A DNA stretch of 64,000 nt from Heterodontus francisci (taxonomy: Eukaryota): positions 72,715,757-72,779,756 of the forward strand of contig NC_090380.1 of NCBI RefSeq assembly GCF_036365525.1, in the 5' to 3' direction. Every line of letters starts with the position of its first letter. The stretch's first letter is position 1. The notes under the pieces were generated by a model, which ran no database searches, had not been told where the DNA came from, and saw only the letters and a list, made by a program, of their open reading frames with translations. The position numbers and the translations under genes were made by a program. Below, in pieces: positions 50,406 to 63,517 of the stretch.

Positions 50406-51179
50406 AAGAGATTAATCCTATCCAACAGGGCTGAATTTTGATTCATCAGTACCCACTACTTTCAATGAGCTGCAACATTGAAATAAACCGACGAGGCTTA
50501 TATTGAACCCCCTTCCAAACATAAGAGATAGGAGTTACAATGCCTACAAATAAGGGTGCTGGTTTCGACCAGATGGAGAAGCTACAATAGCAGCAGCACT
50601 GACTATGGAACTCTATTTCTGGGCATTTAATGTTTTTAACCTTCATTTAGATCATTTTAGCCTTGTGCCTACAGAAGATTAGGTTTGGCTTCTGTTTCTC
50701 AGTGTCTGTTGCAGTTTTAATATGAACAGATGAGAATCAGAGCAATAATGGACTATCCTCCATTTTACTCTATCACACATCGTCAAGATCTACCCTACTA
50801 AGCAGGGAATCATTAAACCTGGTAAAATGTAAACTCTGATGCACTTCAATTAGGCCATGACCATATTGTGTTGCAGTGCCTTTTTACATATTACTGGAGT
50901 ATTTACTCTATATAGATTTCCATATACTTAAACTAGCCCTGGGAAATTTTCTACACATCAGAGCAGCGATTCTGAAACATTTTTGCTCAAAGGACTCCTT
51001 TACAAATGGGTTGGTAACCACAGACTCCACATCTGAATACTAATACTATATAATCCTCAAAATGTGAAAGTGCTACATGTAAAGAGTGTTTAACAATGTT
51101 TTTAAGAAAAGAGGCATTTACATACAGATATCAGAGAGATAGGTGTGCCGTTTCTCACTGCTGAGTCAGTCTGTCTTGG

Positions 51180-51590
51180 CAGACAAACGGAAAGAGCAGG
51201 AACCCAGAGAGTACACAGGTGGAGCAAGGAGAGAGCTGGAGCACAGGTAAGCACAGCATGGAAACAAAGGGAGCATGGGGAGAGCAGAAGCCTGGAGAGG
51301 GCAGAAGTACTGACAGAGCAGAGAATGGGGAAAGAGCAACAGCCTGGAGAAAGGAGCATGGAGAGGGCAGAAGCACCGAGAGGGCACCAAGGCAGCATTG
51401 GGGAAGCACAGCACAGAGAGAGCAGGAGCCTGGAGAGAGGTGCATGGAGAGAGAAGAAACACCGAGAAAGTACAGCACAGAGAGAACACTAGGAGAGCAA
51501 TGAGACAGCAGTAGCCTGAGAGAGCAGAAGCACGAGGACAGGAGAGCACCACAGGAGCACTAGGGAGAAAAGGAGCATGGGGGAATCAGA
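51180..51590. repeat. Purine-rich degenerate tandem repeat
   Basis: Recurrent GAGAGCAG(A/G)AGCCTGGAGAG / GGAGCATGG / AGCAC motifs, low complexity. Confidence 0.6.
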
Positions 51591-51904
51591 GCAATCCTCC
51601 GGCCATCACTCACTCACTTACTCTAACCCTGGTGCCCTGGGCAGTCGCCTGTAAGGCTGGCCCTGTGTTGCGGACCTCCTGAAGGTCTATGTAGAATCCA
51701 GTTTAAGAACCACTGCTCAGAGCCAAGCCAGCTTTCAGAAACAACCTCGCCTGAATGTTAGTCCACACTATACTCTGTTCTCCAAGTACTACTTGTCACT
51801 TACATCATAATCTTTTGATAGTAAGGAAATTAACGCCACTTTACCTTCTATTTGTACAAGATCGCATTTTGTCTCCATTAACAACAGAGCTCAAGAGTTA
51901 ATTT

Positions 51905-52464
51905 TTTAAAAATTCATTCATGGGATGTGGGCGTCGCTGGCCAGGCCAGCATTTAATGCCCATCCCTAATTGCCCTTGAGAAGGTGGTGGTGAGCTGCCT
52001 TCTTGAATCGCTGCAGTCCATGTGGGGTAGGTATACCCACAGTGCTGTTAGGAAGGGAGTTCCAGGATTTTGACCCAGCGACAGTGAAGGAACGGCGATA
52101 TAGTTCCAAGTCAGGATGGTGTGTGACATGGAGGGGGATTTGCAGGTGGTGGTGTTCCCATGCATTTGCTGCCCTTGTCCTTCTAGTTGGTAGAGGTCAC
52201 GGGTTTGGAAGGTGCTGTCTAAGGAGCCTTGATGCATTGCTGCAGTGCATCTTGTAGATGGTACACAGTGCTGCCACTGTGCGTCGGCGGTGGAGGGAGT
52301 GAATGTTTGTAGATGGGGTGCCAATCAAGCGGGCTGCTTTGTCCTGGATGGTGTCAAGGTTCTTGAGTGTTGTTGGAGCTGCATCCATCCAGGCAAGTGG
52401 AGAGTATTCCATCACACTCCTGACTTGTGCCTTGTAGATGGTGGACAGGCTTTGGGGAGTCAGG
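51905..52464 (-). mobile_element. CR1-group LINE 3' fragment (different family)
   Basis: IYKAQVRSVMEYSPLAW...LDTIQDKAARLI...SLHRRRTVAALCTIYKMH. Confidence 0.8.
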
Positions 52465-53656
52465 AGCTGGCTACTGAAAGGTACAGCCCATACATTAACA
52501 TTTATCCTTCAATGCAAATGTGCAACTATTCTAATTTTAGCAAAAGCTTAATACTGAGGTTGCTGGAAATCTGAAACAAAACAGAAATGTTGGTGACACT
52601 CAATGGCTCAGGCTGTAAAGAGAATGTTGTCAGTCGATTTTTTCCAGCATTTTCAATCTATTTTCAGTTTCGTTTCTCTTTCTGAAAGTGTGCAGTTTCT
52701 AATTCATTCAAATATTGGTAAGGCAACCAAAAGCAAAGATAAGGCTGCATAGCTGTATTTTACCTGAAATATTTCAGCTGAATAAGTTTGCAGATAAAGC
52801 AACTATGTTCACATCAAAATGCAACAAGTATATCTATTAATTTAACCAGTTATAAAGTTGTTGTGTCCTCTTTTTGGATGGTTTAAACAGTCCTATATAT
52901 GGACAAAATCTTGAACAGCTATTGTGATTAAACAAAAATCCTGCTTGGTAAAGTACGAAATGTATAATATTACAGTAACATTGAGCAACAAATGAATTTC
53001 AGTATGAATATAAACTAGAGGAACACATTGAATGACACAATATGTCCAGGCACTCTGCTTCCACTTGCAGGCATTTTAACGGATCTGCCATCAGTTGCTC
53101 AAAGCCAAAACTGTGCTTACTGTTACTGTATGCTCTCTTAGGATAAATCAGAAATCCCCTATGCGTCAAGAAACCTCCTGCAACCTTAGAAACAATAATA
53201 GGAGTGATAATGTACATAGAGCATGAAAATCTTTTGAAGACAGCCCCTGGGACATTCCTATGAATGAAATATGTCCACTAAAGAATGGAGGGACACCTCA
53301 CAGAAAATGCAGTATCAGAAACAAATCTGCTCTTAGTAACATGCTGATAGTAATTTCTTATTTTGTAGTTCTTGACCTGCCCATACAGATTCAATTGGCC
53401 CTCCTAGTTTGGTACCACCTGCAAATCATACCAATTTCCAAGGAGTTTTTGAATCTAAGTCATTGATATAAATTAGAGACACTGAGAAGGTGGGAGTGTT
53501 GGGTGGTCCCAACACTTGTCCCTGGAGCACCAGTCAGCAATTCTCCCCACCTTGACATAACTGCAAGTGGCTAGTGTTTTTTTTTATCCTTCAACCAATG
53601 TTTTTATCCACTCGCACCATTTACCCTGAATGCTCACTGTTCAGAACTAAACAGAA

Positions 53657-53920
53657 GGAGTTTGCAAGTTCTCCCTGTGTCTGCGTGGGTTTTCTCCGGG
53701 TGCTCCGGTTTCCTCCCACAAGCCAAAAGACTTGCAGGTTGATAGGTAAATTGGCCATTATAAATTGTCACTAGTGTAGGTAGGTGGTAGGGAAATATAG
53801 GGACAGGTGGGGATGTTTGGTAGGAATATGGGATTAGTGTAGGATTAGTATAAATGGGTGGTTGATGTTCGGCACAGACTCGGTGGGCCGAAGGGCCTGT
53901 TTCAGTGCTGTATCTCTAAT
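53657..53920 (+). mobile_element. 5'-truncated V-SINE (HE1-like)
   Basis: Near-identical to the reverse complement of 23833-24133. Lacks the A and B boxes. Confidence 0.92.
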
Positions 53921-54488
53921 CAAAACATTTTGTCAAATGCGTTTTGGAAATCTAAGGCTCCTACCTTGTACTGCTTTGTACAGTCCTCTTGACATATTAC
54001 TACCTCAAAAAGGTTAAAGACGTTGTTCAGTTAGGACTTTCCTCTGCTGAATCTGTGCTGACTCTCGTTTACTAGATTGCTATAATGCAGGAAATCCTCA
54101 AGTTTGCTCCTTAGAATCAATTCAATTACTTAATATTTTTCCTGATTGGAATGAGGCAGAAATAAGGACTAAAGGAGTGGACCAATAAGGAAAATCTATC
54201 ACTATTAGCACCTCCAAACTTGTACAACCTTCAGAATCTCCAACCTCACTTGGGGTTGGTAGTCTCACGGAATTGTAAAGGAGCCGAGTATAGCTGGCTA
54301 TTGAAAGGTACAGCCCATACATTAACTTTTCTCCTTCCAATGCATATATGCAATTATTCTAATTTTAGCAAAACTTAATACTGAGGTTGCTGGAAATCTG
54401 AAACAAAACAGAAATGTTGGCGACACTCAGCGGCTCAGGCTGTAAAGAGAATGTTGTCTGTCGATTGTTTCCAGCATTTTCAATCTAT

Positions 54489-54509
54489 TTTCAGTTTCGT
54501 TTCTCTTTC
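54489..54509. promoter_or_regulatory. Candidate ISRE/IRF element TTTCAGTTTCGTTTCTCTTTC (identical copy at 52662-52682)
   Basis: Four TTTC half-sites with spacers of 2, 1 and 2 nt, including AGTTTCGTTTCT, which matches the ISRE consensus. Confidence 0.45.
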
Positions 54510-55559
54510 TGAAAGTGTACAGTTTCTAATTCACTCAAATGGATCACGATGCATTGGTAAGAAATAATACATTCCACATATGTATTTGATCTGGCATAAA
54601 TCTAAACTCATGGAATAAACTCTGCGCCTAAAGTACAATATGGACTCAGGTGATTTATGTGGTTTATCACACGAACCTTATTATAAATCATTATAAATAA
54701 TTAGCTGTCCAGTCACTGAAATTTAAATATTCATATATTTGTGCCTTTTAAGTATCTATTTTATGATACATGCACTAAACCTGTCGATTTCTACCGGATT
54801 GTACGTCAACTTCGTTGAAGGTGAAGATTATGCTGGTTTGAAACCTTTGGAACTTTCTTCTGCCTCGACACAAGTGACGAGGATGAAAAGCAATGTTTTA
54901 ATAGGCGCTTAAACTGAACTCTGCGCAAGCATTGCTTCTCTTTGTCTTCCTGTTTGTGCAGACTCGGAGGATTGTTCGTTCTTCTGCGGTCATAGTGAAG
55001 AAGATTAAACATTAATGTACGTTTTTTATTCAATGTTTTTGGTAGACGCTATGTTTTGTAACTCTAATTTAAGCTGAATACATATGTGATCTGTTTATTG
55101 ATTATGAATCAGTCCATCAAGCAGACTGTGACTGGTAACGTTATGGATGTAGGATGTTTATATTCGTTCATGGGATGTGGGCGTCGCTATAATAATGTGA
55201 ATTAATATATTTATTAAGAAAGTATTTAATTGTGAATGCAGCAAATATGTTAGTCATTTTCGAACCCCCAGAAGAATGCTTCATGGCAGTGGAAGGAACA
55301 ATATTGAATTTACGACATGGAACCAGGCCCCATGTTGGTCTTTCTGCTCCAAGTGGCCTTAGTCTCATGTGTGCTCTGTTTCTGCCGACCCTTAATTTTA
55401 AGCGTCTCTATCAAACCCCAGTATAATAAACCATTTTGTTTCCTACATTACAAGAGCGACTACACTTCAAAAGTATTTCATTGGCTGTGAAGCACCTAGG
55501 CATGTACTGTGGTTGTGAAAGATGCTATATAAATGCAAGTCTTTCTTTATCTTGAAGAC

Positions 55560-56450
55560 CTGGGGTATGATCAGTAAGTTCGCAGATGACATGAAAATTG
55601 GTGGTGTTGTAAATAGTGAGGAGGAAAGCCTTCAATTACAGGACCATATAGATGGGCTGGTAAGATGGGCAGAGCAGTGGCAAATGGAATTTAATCCTGA
55701 GAAGTGTGAGGTGATGCATTTTGGGAGGACTAACAAGGCAAGGGAATATACAATGGATGTACAGAGGGTCAGATGGACCTTGGTGTACTTCTGCATAGAA
55801 GTACAGCTAGATCAGGTGGTTAGGAAGGCATATGGGATACGTGCCTTTATTAGCCGAGGCATAGAATATAAGAGCAGGGAGGTTATGATGGAGCTGTATA
55901 AAATGCTAGTTAGGCCACAGCTGGAGTATTGTCTACAGTTCTGGGCACCACACTATAGGAAGGATGTGATTGCACTGGAGAGGGTGCAGAGGAGATTCAC
56001 CAGGATGTTGCCTGGACTGGAGAATTTCAGCTATGAAGAGAGACTGAAAAGGCTAAGGTTGTTTTCCTTAGAGCAGAGAAGGCCGAGGGGGACATGATTG
56101 TGGTATACAAAATTTTGAGGGGCATTGATAGGTTAAATCGGAAGAAACTTTTTCCCTTAGTGAAGGTGTCAATAACCAGCAGGAGGTAAAGGGCAGGAGG
56201 TTTAGAGGGGATTTGAGGAAAAATGTTTTCACTCAGAGGGTGATTGGAATCTGGAACGCACTGCCTGAAGAGGTGGTAGAGGCAGGAACCCTCACAACAT
56301 TTAAGAAGTATTTAGATGAGCACTTGAAACGCCATAGCATACAAGGCTATGGGCCAAGTGCTGGAAAATGGGATGAGAATAGTTAGGTGCTTGATGGCTG
56401 GAACAGACACAATGGGCCAAAGGGCCTGTTTCTGTGTTGTATAACTCTAT
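55560..56450 (+). mobile_element. CR1 LINE 3' fragment
   Basis: ISKFADDMK, WAEQWQMEFNPEKCEV, RPQLEYCLQFWAP and 3' UTR. Confidence 0.9.
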
Positions 56451-57749
56451 GACCTCTATCAGGTCACCACATCCCTCAATCCTTTCTCTAGAGAAGAGTC
56501 CTGTACAACCTTTCCTGATGGTCAGAATGTTGGGGGAGGGGCCAGTCAGTGTGTGTGTGAGAGGTGGTGGTGAGGGAGTCACAGGTACGTATGAGGCATA
56601 GGGGAGGGTCAGGTCAGCGCAGGACTGGTTCTGTCAAAAGGACACAAGATTCTTTGGGATTATCACAGAAAAAGGATACCTGGGAATGCAATGTTAAGGA
56701 ACCATTAATGGGGGGGGGGGATCTTGGGAAATCTCACCATTTCCCACGGAGCCATTTCTCCCCTCTTTGTATTTTCTCACACCAGGAAGCATTATAGTGA
56801 ATGTGCACAGTACCCTTTCTACTGCCTCAACATCATACCATTAGTTTGGAGCTCAAAACTGCACAATACTCCAACTGTGGTCTGATTAAGGTTTTGTAGA
56901 GATTCACCATTAAACCCTGATTTCTATATGCCTGTAACTATTGATATAAAGTGAAACTGAACCACAAATCCACATCACCCAGTTTTCCCTAATTCAATGT
57001 AATGATTACTTTTCTTTCTGAAAATGCAGCACTTCATATTTGGTGACACTGAATTCTTCTTTGCCCATTGCACCATCTTTTCAATATTTTTCTGTAGCTT
57101 CCTCCTATTTTAATATTTCCTGTAAATATAGACACCACTTCCTCCAGTCCTATATCCAAACACTTGATGTTCACAAGTGAACAGAAGCAGTTACAGAACT
57201 GAACTCTGGGATATCATTACCACATCCAACCATTTGGAAACTGCCTTTAACTCTTACTCTGTTTTCTCCTTCTAACCAGTCATTAATTCTTTTTCAGGAT
57301 GCTGTCACAGTGCTTTCTGGTACTTTTTTGGCTGTTTAGTCATGTTGGTAAGTTCTTTTTCTTCCTCCACTGGATTTTTGAAAACTATTAATATGAGAAT
57401 TCAATGCACATGAATAAACTTAAGTGAAGGTTAAATGCAAATATGAATGTGACCGATATTAGGTACATCTAAGGGCAAATCATGTTTAACTAATGAGTTT
57501 TTTGATGAACTAACAGAGAGATTTCTGGGAGGGAGGGGAATGGGTGAGGTCAGAAGTGCGGAAATGGGTAGGACACAGTTGAGGGCCCCTGTCAACCACA
57601 GTTGGGGGGGGGATTCCTCAGTTGAGGAGAAAGGAAGACATATCAGAAGCGCTGTTGTGGAAGGTTGCATCATCAGAACAGATGCATTGGAGATGGAGAA
57701 ACTGGGAGAATGGAATCCTTACAGGAAGCAGGGTGTGAGGAAGTGTAGT

Positions 57750-58022
57750 CAAAAGATGATTGGCGAAAGAAGCGGAGGCAACATGAAAAATGTTTTTACG
57801 CAGCAAGTGATAAGGATCTGGAATGCACTGCCTGAGAGTGCGGTGGAGGCAGATTCAATCGTGGCTTTCAAAAGGGAATTGTACAATTATCTGAAAGGAA
57901 AACAATTGCTGGGCTACAGCGAAAAGGCATAGGACTAGTTGAGTCGCTCTTTATAGAGAGCTGGCACAGACACAATGGGCCAAATGGCCTCCTTCTGTGA
58001 TATAACCATTCTTTGATTCTAT
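57750..58022 (+). mobile_element. CR1 3' end
   Basis: FTQQVIRIWNALPESAVEA..FKREL and a (GATTCTAT)-like tail. Confidence 0.8.
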
Positions 58023-58039
58023 AATCAATAATGTGAAAT

Positions 58040-60203
58040 GCACTTTTGAACTACAAGAAAGCCCCCAGCGATTTAACATCCGCAGCACTTAAAGCAGCCA
58101 GAAGTACTGCACAAAGAACAGCTAGGCGTTGCGCAAACGACTACTGGCAACACCTATGCAGTCATATTCAGCTGGCCTCAGACACCGGAAACATCAGAGG
58201 AATGTATGATGGCATGAAGAGAGCTCTTGGGCCAACCATCAAGAAGATCACCCCCCTCAAATCTAAATCGGGGGACATAATCACTGACCAACGCAAACAG
58301 ATGGACCGCTGGGTTGAGCACTACCTAGAACTGTACTCCAGGGAGAATGCTGTCACTGAGACTGCCCTCAATGCAGCCCAGCCTCTACCAGTCATGGATG
58401 AGCTGGACATACAGCCAACCAAATCGGAACTCAGTGATGCCATTGATTCTCTAGCCAGCGGAAAAGCCCCTGGGAAGGACAGCATTACCCCTGAAATAAT
58501 CAAGAGTGCCAAGCCTGCTATACTCTCAGCACTACATGAACTGCTATGCCTGTGCTGGGACGAGGGAGCAGTACCCCAGGACATGCGCGATGCCAACATC
58601 ATCACCCTCTATAAAAACAAAGGTGACCGCGGTGACTGCAACAACTACCGTGGAATCTCCCTGCTCAGCATAGTGGGGAAAGTCTTTGCTCGAGTCGCTC
58701 TGAACAGGCTCCAGAAGCTGGCCGAGCGCGTCTACCCTGAGGCACAGTGTGGCTTTCGTGCAGAGAGATCGACTATTGACATGCTGTTCTCCCTTCGTCA
58801 GATACAGGAGAAATGCCGTGAACAACAGATGCCCCTCTACATTGCTTTCATTGATCTCACCAAAGCCTTTGACCTCGTCAGCAGACGTGGTCTCTTCAGA
58901 CTACTAGAAAAGATCGGATGTCCACCAAAGCTACTAAGTATCATCACCTCATTCCATGACAATATGAAAGGCACAATTCAACATGGTGGCTCCTCATCAG
59001 AGCCCTTTCCTATCCTGAGTGGTGTGAAACAGGGCTGTGTTCTCGCACCCACACTTTTTGGGATTTTCTTCTCCCTGCTGCTTTCACATGCGTTCAAATC
59101 CTCTGAAGAAGGAATTTTCCTCCACACAAGATCAGGGGGCAGGTTGTTCAACCTTGCCCGTCTAAGAGCGAAGTCCAAAGTACGGAAAGTCCTCATCAGA
59201 GAACTCCTCTTTGCTGACGATGCTGCTTTAACATCTCACACTGAAGAATGCCTGCAGAGTCTCATCGACAGGTTTGCGTCTGCCTGCAATGAATTTGGCC
59301 TAACCATCAGCCTCAAGAAAACGAACATCATGGGGCAGGATGTCAGAAATGCTCCATCCATCAATATTGGCGACCACGCTCTGGAAGTGGTTCAAGAGTT
59401 CACCTACCTAGGCTCAACTATCACCAGTAACCTGTCTCTAGATGCAGAAATCAACAAGCGCATGGGTAAGGCTTCCACTGCTATGTCCAGACTGGCCAAG
59501 AGAGTGTGGGAAAATGGCGCACTGACACGGAACACAAAAGTCCGAGTGTATCAGGCCTGTGTCCTCAGTACCTTGCTCTATGGCAGCGAGGCCTGGACAA
59601 CGTATGCCAGCCAAGAGCGACGTCTCAATTCATTCCATCTTCGCTGCCTTCGGAGAATACTTGGCATCAGGTGGCAGGACTATATCTCCAACACAGAAGT
59701 CCTTGAAGCGGCCAACACCCCCAGCTTATACACACTACTGAGTCAGCGGCGCTTGAGATGGCTTGGCCATGTGAGCCGCATGGAAGATGGCAGGATCCCC
59801 AAAGACACATTGTACAGCGAGCTCGCCACTGGTATCAGACCCACCGGCCGTCCATGTCTCCGTTATAAAGACGTCTGCAAACGCGACATGAAATCGTGTG
59901 ACATTGATCACAAGTCGTGGGAGTCAGTTGCCAGCATTCGCCAGAGCTGGCGGGCAGCCATAAAGACAGGGCTAAATTGTGGCGAGTCGAAGAGACTTAG
60001 TAGTTGGCAGGAAAAAAGACAGAGGCGCAAGGGGAGAGCCAACTGTGCAACAGCCCCAACAAACAAATTTCTCTGCAGCACCTGTGGAAGAGCCTGTCAC
60101 TCCAGAATTGGCCTTTATAGCCACTCCAGGCACTGCTTCACAAACCACTGACCACCTCCAGGCGCGTATCCATTGTCTCTCGAGATAAGGAGGCCCAAAG
60201 AAT
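58040..60203 (+). mobile_element. Young RTE-clade LINE, 5'-truncated, with an uninterrupted 701-codon RT + C-terminal frame (58046-60151)
   Basis: KAPGKD, NYRGISLL, QCGFR, FIDLTKAFD, GVKQG, LFADD, YLGS and CSTC..H finger, with no stops. It lacks the N-terminal AP endonuclease and a true ATG. Confidence 0.96.
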
Positions 60204-60907
60204 ATCCCCTTTGTTCAAATAAGTAACAAGTTTAATTTTATTTTTAATTGCGACTTGTTAACAAGAAGGCCAGTGTGGTGGTTTTTAGAGGTGTGATCTC
60301 ATAAAATATGATTTTTTTAACAATCATGACTCACCTCTATTGATGAAGTTGTAATGCTCACACAAAAAATGACCCCCTTAACTGATCCATTTGATAAAAG
60401 TTTTGGTAATCCAACTGTGATGTATGCAATTTTATGTGAAAAGTCTGAGTAGGAGGTTCAGTAATTTCGAGCACAACTCTTTCCAAATCCCCAAGCCCAT
60501 GAAAGCCAAACAAGACATGCCAATAAGTACCAAGTATAAGTGCAAACAGAAAAACGTTTGTGTCTTTCATGGGCTGAATGTCATGTGTTGCAGAGCATGT
60601 GTCTTATGGGCTTTAGCTTGCAGATTCTTCTCCCACGTTCTCAATATTAAATACGTGAGCAATTCTTGCAGCATAATAAATTGGATTTGGGAGCTGGTGC
60701 CTGAAAATGTACTGATTTAATTTTCAAGAAGTGGACATTTTAGTTACAGAAGATTAGCGAAATGAGTATAATGTCTTCAATTGCGAACATGAACGAGCAT
60801 TTGTGACATTAAATTCTGTGCACAAGTAAATGTGATACCAACCAGTAGAAGTGGGGGAAATTATTGCACATGATACCCTAACTCCTCTTGTTCACTATTG
60901 TTAATAG

Positions 60908-60979
60908 GCTTCAAATGCTCCTTGTTGCCATGGTTAATGGCATACCTCAGAAATCTGAGGTTCACATTCTGCTATTGCT
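60908..60979 (+). other. Candidate upstream exon of the B7-like gene (unconfirmed)
   Basis: 72 nt of unique sequence bounded by ttgttaatag| and |GTGAGT, open in two frames. Neither frame gives a convincing signal peptide, and a direct phase-1 join to 63518 would create TAG. Confidence 0.25.
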
Positions 60980-61927
60980 GTGAGTAAAACGAATCCATCA
61001 GGGATGTTCTGCCAATCTGGGAGAACAGTTGGCAGAATGAAACTGAGAGGAAATATTCAGAGATTACTAGCCTTTTAAATTGGTGTAGAAATACAAGGAA
61101 AATGAAATGATGAAGGAAGTAGATATCTGCCAATCTAAATTTATCTGATAAAATCTTCTGCCAAGCTGCCATCACAACATATTAGTTACTTAGTCATGGT
61201 TGAGAAGTTGAAAGTTTCTGGTGAAGGAATTGATGGATTATTTTATAAATTATTGCTCAATTTTGCTTTCTTCAACTGAAATGTTAGCTATAACCATAAT
61301 TTGTTGAAACATCACTCACAAAATTAAAAATTCTTAATAAATTACCTGTAAATCAGGGGGAAAAGGGCAGAATTCAAAGATGGCTTTAAAGGGTGCATTT
61401 TCCATGTGCTCCTGTCCCAGAGCCTAACCTGTCACGAACACATGTTGTGAAATCACATATACAGTCCATGATTGTCTATTCGTTAGTTTTAGTGGATGAA
61501 GAATTCATGGGCTGTACAAACACGATTTCATGGTACATACCAGGAGCATGCAATCTGAAACTCTGCAGGCAGTGGAGGCACGTTTCAATTCAGCCTCACA
61601 AACAAAACATTGGCTAGGATAACAAATGAATAGATCAAATTTCTGTCTGACTGAATTTTATCTGTCAGTCAAGAGAAAGATCTGAATTCAGAGAAATCCA
61701 TAGATTTGAATAATTTGGCTACAAGTATGGCACCTGACAGAATATATCTTGGATATTTGCTAACTATCTACAGTGGTATTCAGTCTTGCCTCAGGCCCAG
61801 GACCTCACTGTCACAAGGTTGTGTTCGTGCCTTACACTAGAATTTGAGAACATATTCTAGGATACCACTTTAGTGCAATATTGAGGAATACTGCATTGCC
61901 AGAGATCCTGGAGGTGCTCTGTGATTT

Positions 61928-62234
61928 CTCTTTGGCCTCCTTATCTCGAGAGACAATGGGTAAGCGCCTGGAGGTGGTCAGTGGTGTGTGGAGCAGCACC
62001 TGGAGTGGCTGTAAAGGCCAATTCTAGAGTGACAGGCTCTTCCGCAGGTGCTGCAGAAAAATTTGATTGTCAGGGCTGTTACACAGTTGGCTCTCCCCTT
62101 GCGCCTCTGTCTTTTTTCCTGCCAACTGCTAAGTCTCTTCAACTCGCCACACTTTAGCCCCGCCTTTATGGCTGTCCGCCAGCTCTGGTGAACGCTGGCA
62201 ACTGACTCCCACGACTTGTGATCAATGTCACAGG
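61928..62234 (-). mobile_element. Short RTE LINE 3' end
   Basis: 10-bp TSD TCTGTGATTT at 61918-61927 and 62235-62244. Encodes CDIDHKSWESVA...CSTCGRAC. Confidence 0.93.
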
Positions 62235-63517
62235 TCTGTGATTTACACTGATAATAGTGATGATGTTGTGGAGTGGTCGCACTGCCGCCCATAGCTGGCT
62301 TTTGAATGCCTAGACTGGTTTTAGATCGGACTCCGTCTAAATGTCTCCAGCGAGCTGCAAGCATTAAATATTTGGTCAGAGTTTAAAAATTTCAGTGGCT
62401 TCATGTCGAGCTGTTTATTCTTTCACTTAGTTTATTTTCAAGGCTGTTGTCAGCATAAGGCTGAATTAAACTAAAGCCTTAATAGAAACCTAGAAAACAT
62501 TTTGAATGTAAAATAACTTTTTTTAAATTACACTTATTTTGTTTCTGATTTTGTTCATGAATCTTAAAAAAAGTCACTGATCAGTGTAGACCTGCATCCC
62601 ATTGTTGCTTGAACCCAATGTCAGAGGGTTAGGACGTGGTTTATGACTTTGTACAGCGAGGGGAAACTGCAAAGTGGAGGCTAGTTGTTTCCCCTCACGG
62701 AAGTATCCACTCAGTGCATGTATTTATTATCCAACAGTCAAATTCAGATGAAAAGTTATGGGGGAAAAATGCAATCCACAAAGGATACAAAGTGAGAGGA
62801 GGTCAAATTGAAACTGACACCAATGCCACTTTTTGTTATTGTTTATTACAAATTGGAATATAAGGGAACTGGATGGGTAGCCATGGAATTGGAGCAGCGG
62901 ACTTACCCACTCTGTTCCCGCACTCTGGCCCTCTGCAATTTTAAATGGCAAGTGGCAAGGACAACTGCTCAAAGCCAGTAGTTTCTAAATATGCAAATTG
63001 GGCTCTGATGTCAACAGGGCTCCAGCTGCTATTTTTTACCTGAGGCCTGAAAGAGGAGGTAGTGGTGGCTTCCCCACCAAGCTAAACCCACCAGGAACAG
63101 GAACAAGGGTCAGATAAGACCTGTCCTGTGAATTGTTTTTCAAGTGGACTTTTATGTCTTACTGAAAATCTCTAATTGTAAACTCAAATGAAACATTGGG
63201 GTGTTACAGCTCTAAAAACAAGTTAATAGACATGAAGATATTGGAAATTCACAGTTGGCTCAGATTTTTATCAAAAATATATTCAGGCACTTACCAGCAG
63301 TTTATATAGGCTGGGAAATTCTCACCACTCATCCTGCTCTGATGCTGTAACTTCACAAGCGGAAACAGCTGGAAGGAATTTCCTGGCCATAATCTATCCA
63401 TTTTATGGGCATAAAAATGTGCCTTTTTAATAGGAAAACTGACCTGAACATAAGTTAATATATAAATATTTGTTGAAGGTTTTGTTTGTAACTGCATTAT
63501 TTTCATTCCTTATTCAG

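Larger units (their letters stand above)
52465..54540. repeat. Local direct duplication of ~250 bp (52465-52713 and 54292-54540)
   Basis: The two copies align end to end with scattered substitutions and small indels. Confidence 0.92.

Noticed and set aside
52999-53217. Minus-strand ORF/exon candidate
   Set aside because: No recognisable domain and no partner exons.
58046-60151. Domesticated host reverse-transcriptase gene
   Set aside because: It is 5'-truncated, lacks a real ATG start and endonuclease, and has near-identical copies in the window, so it is just a young RTE insertion.
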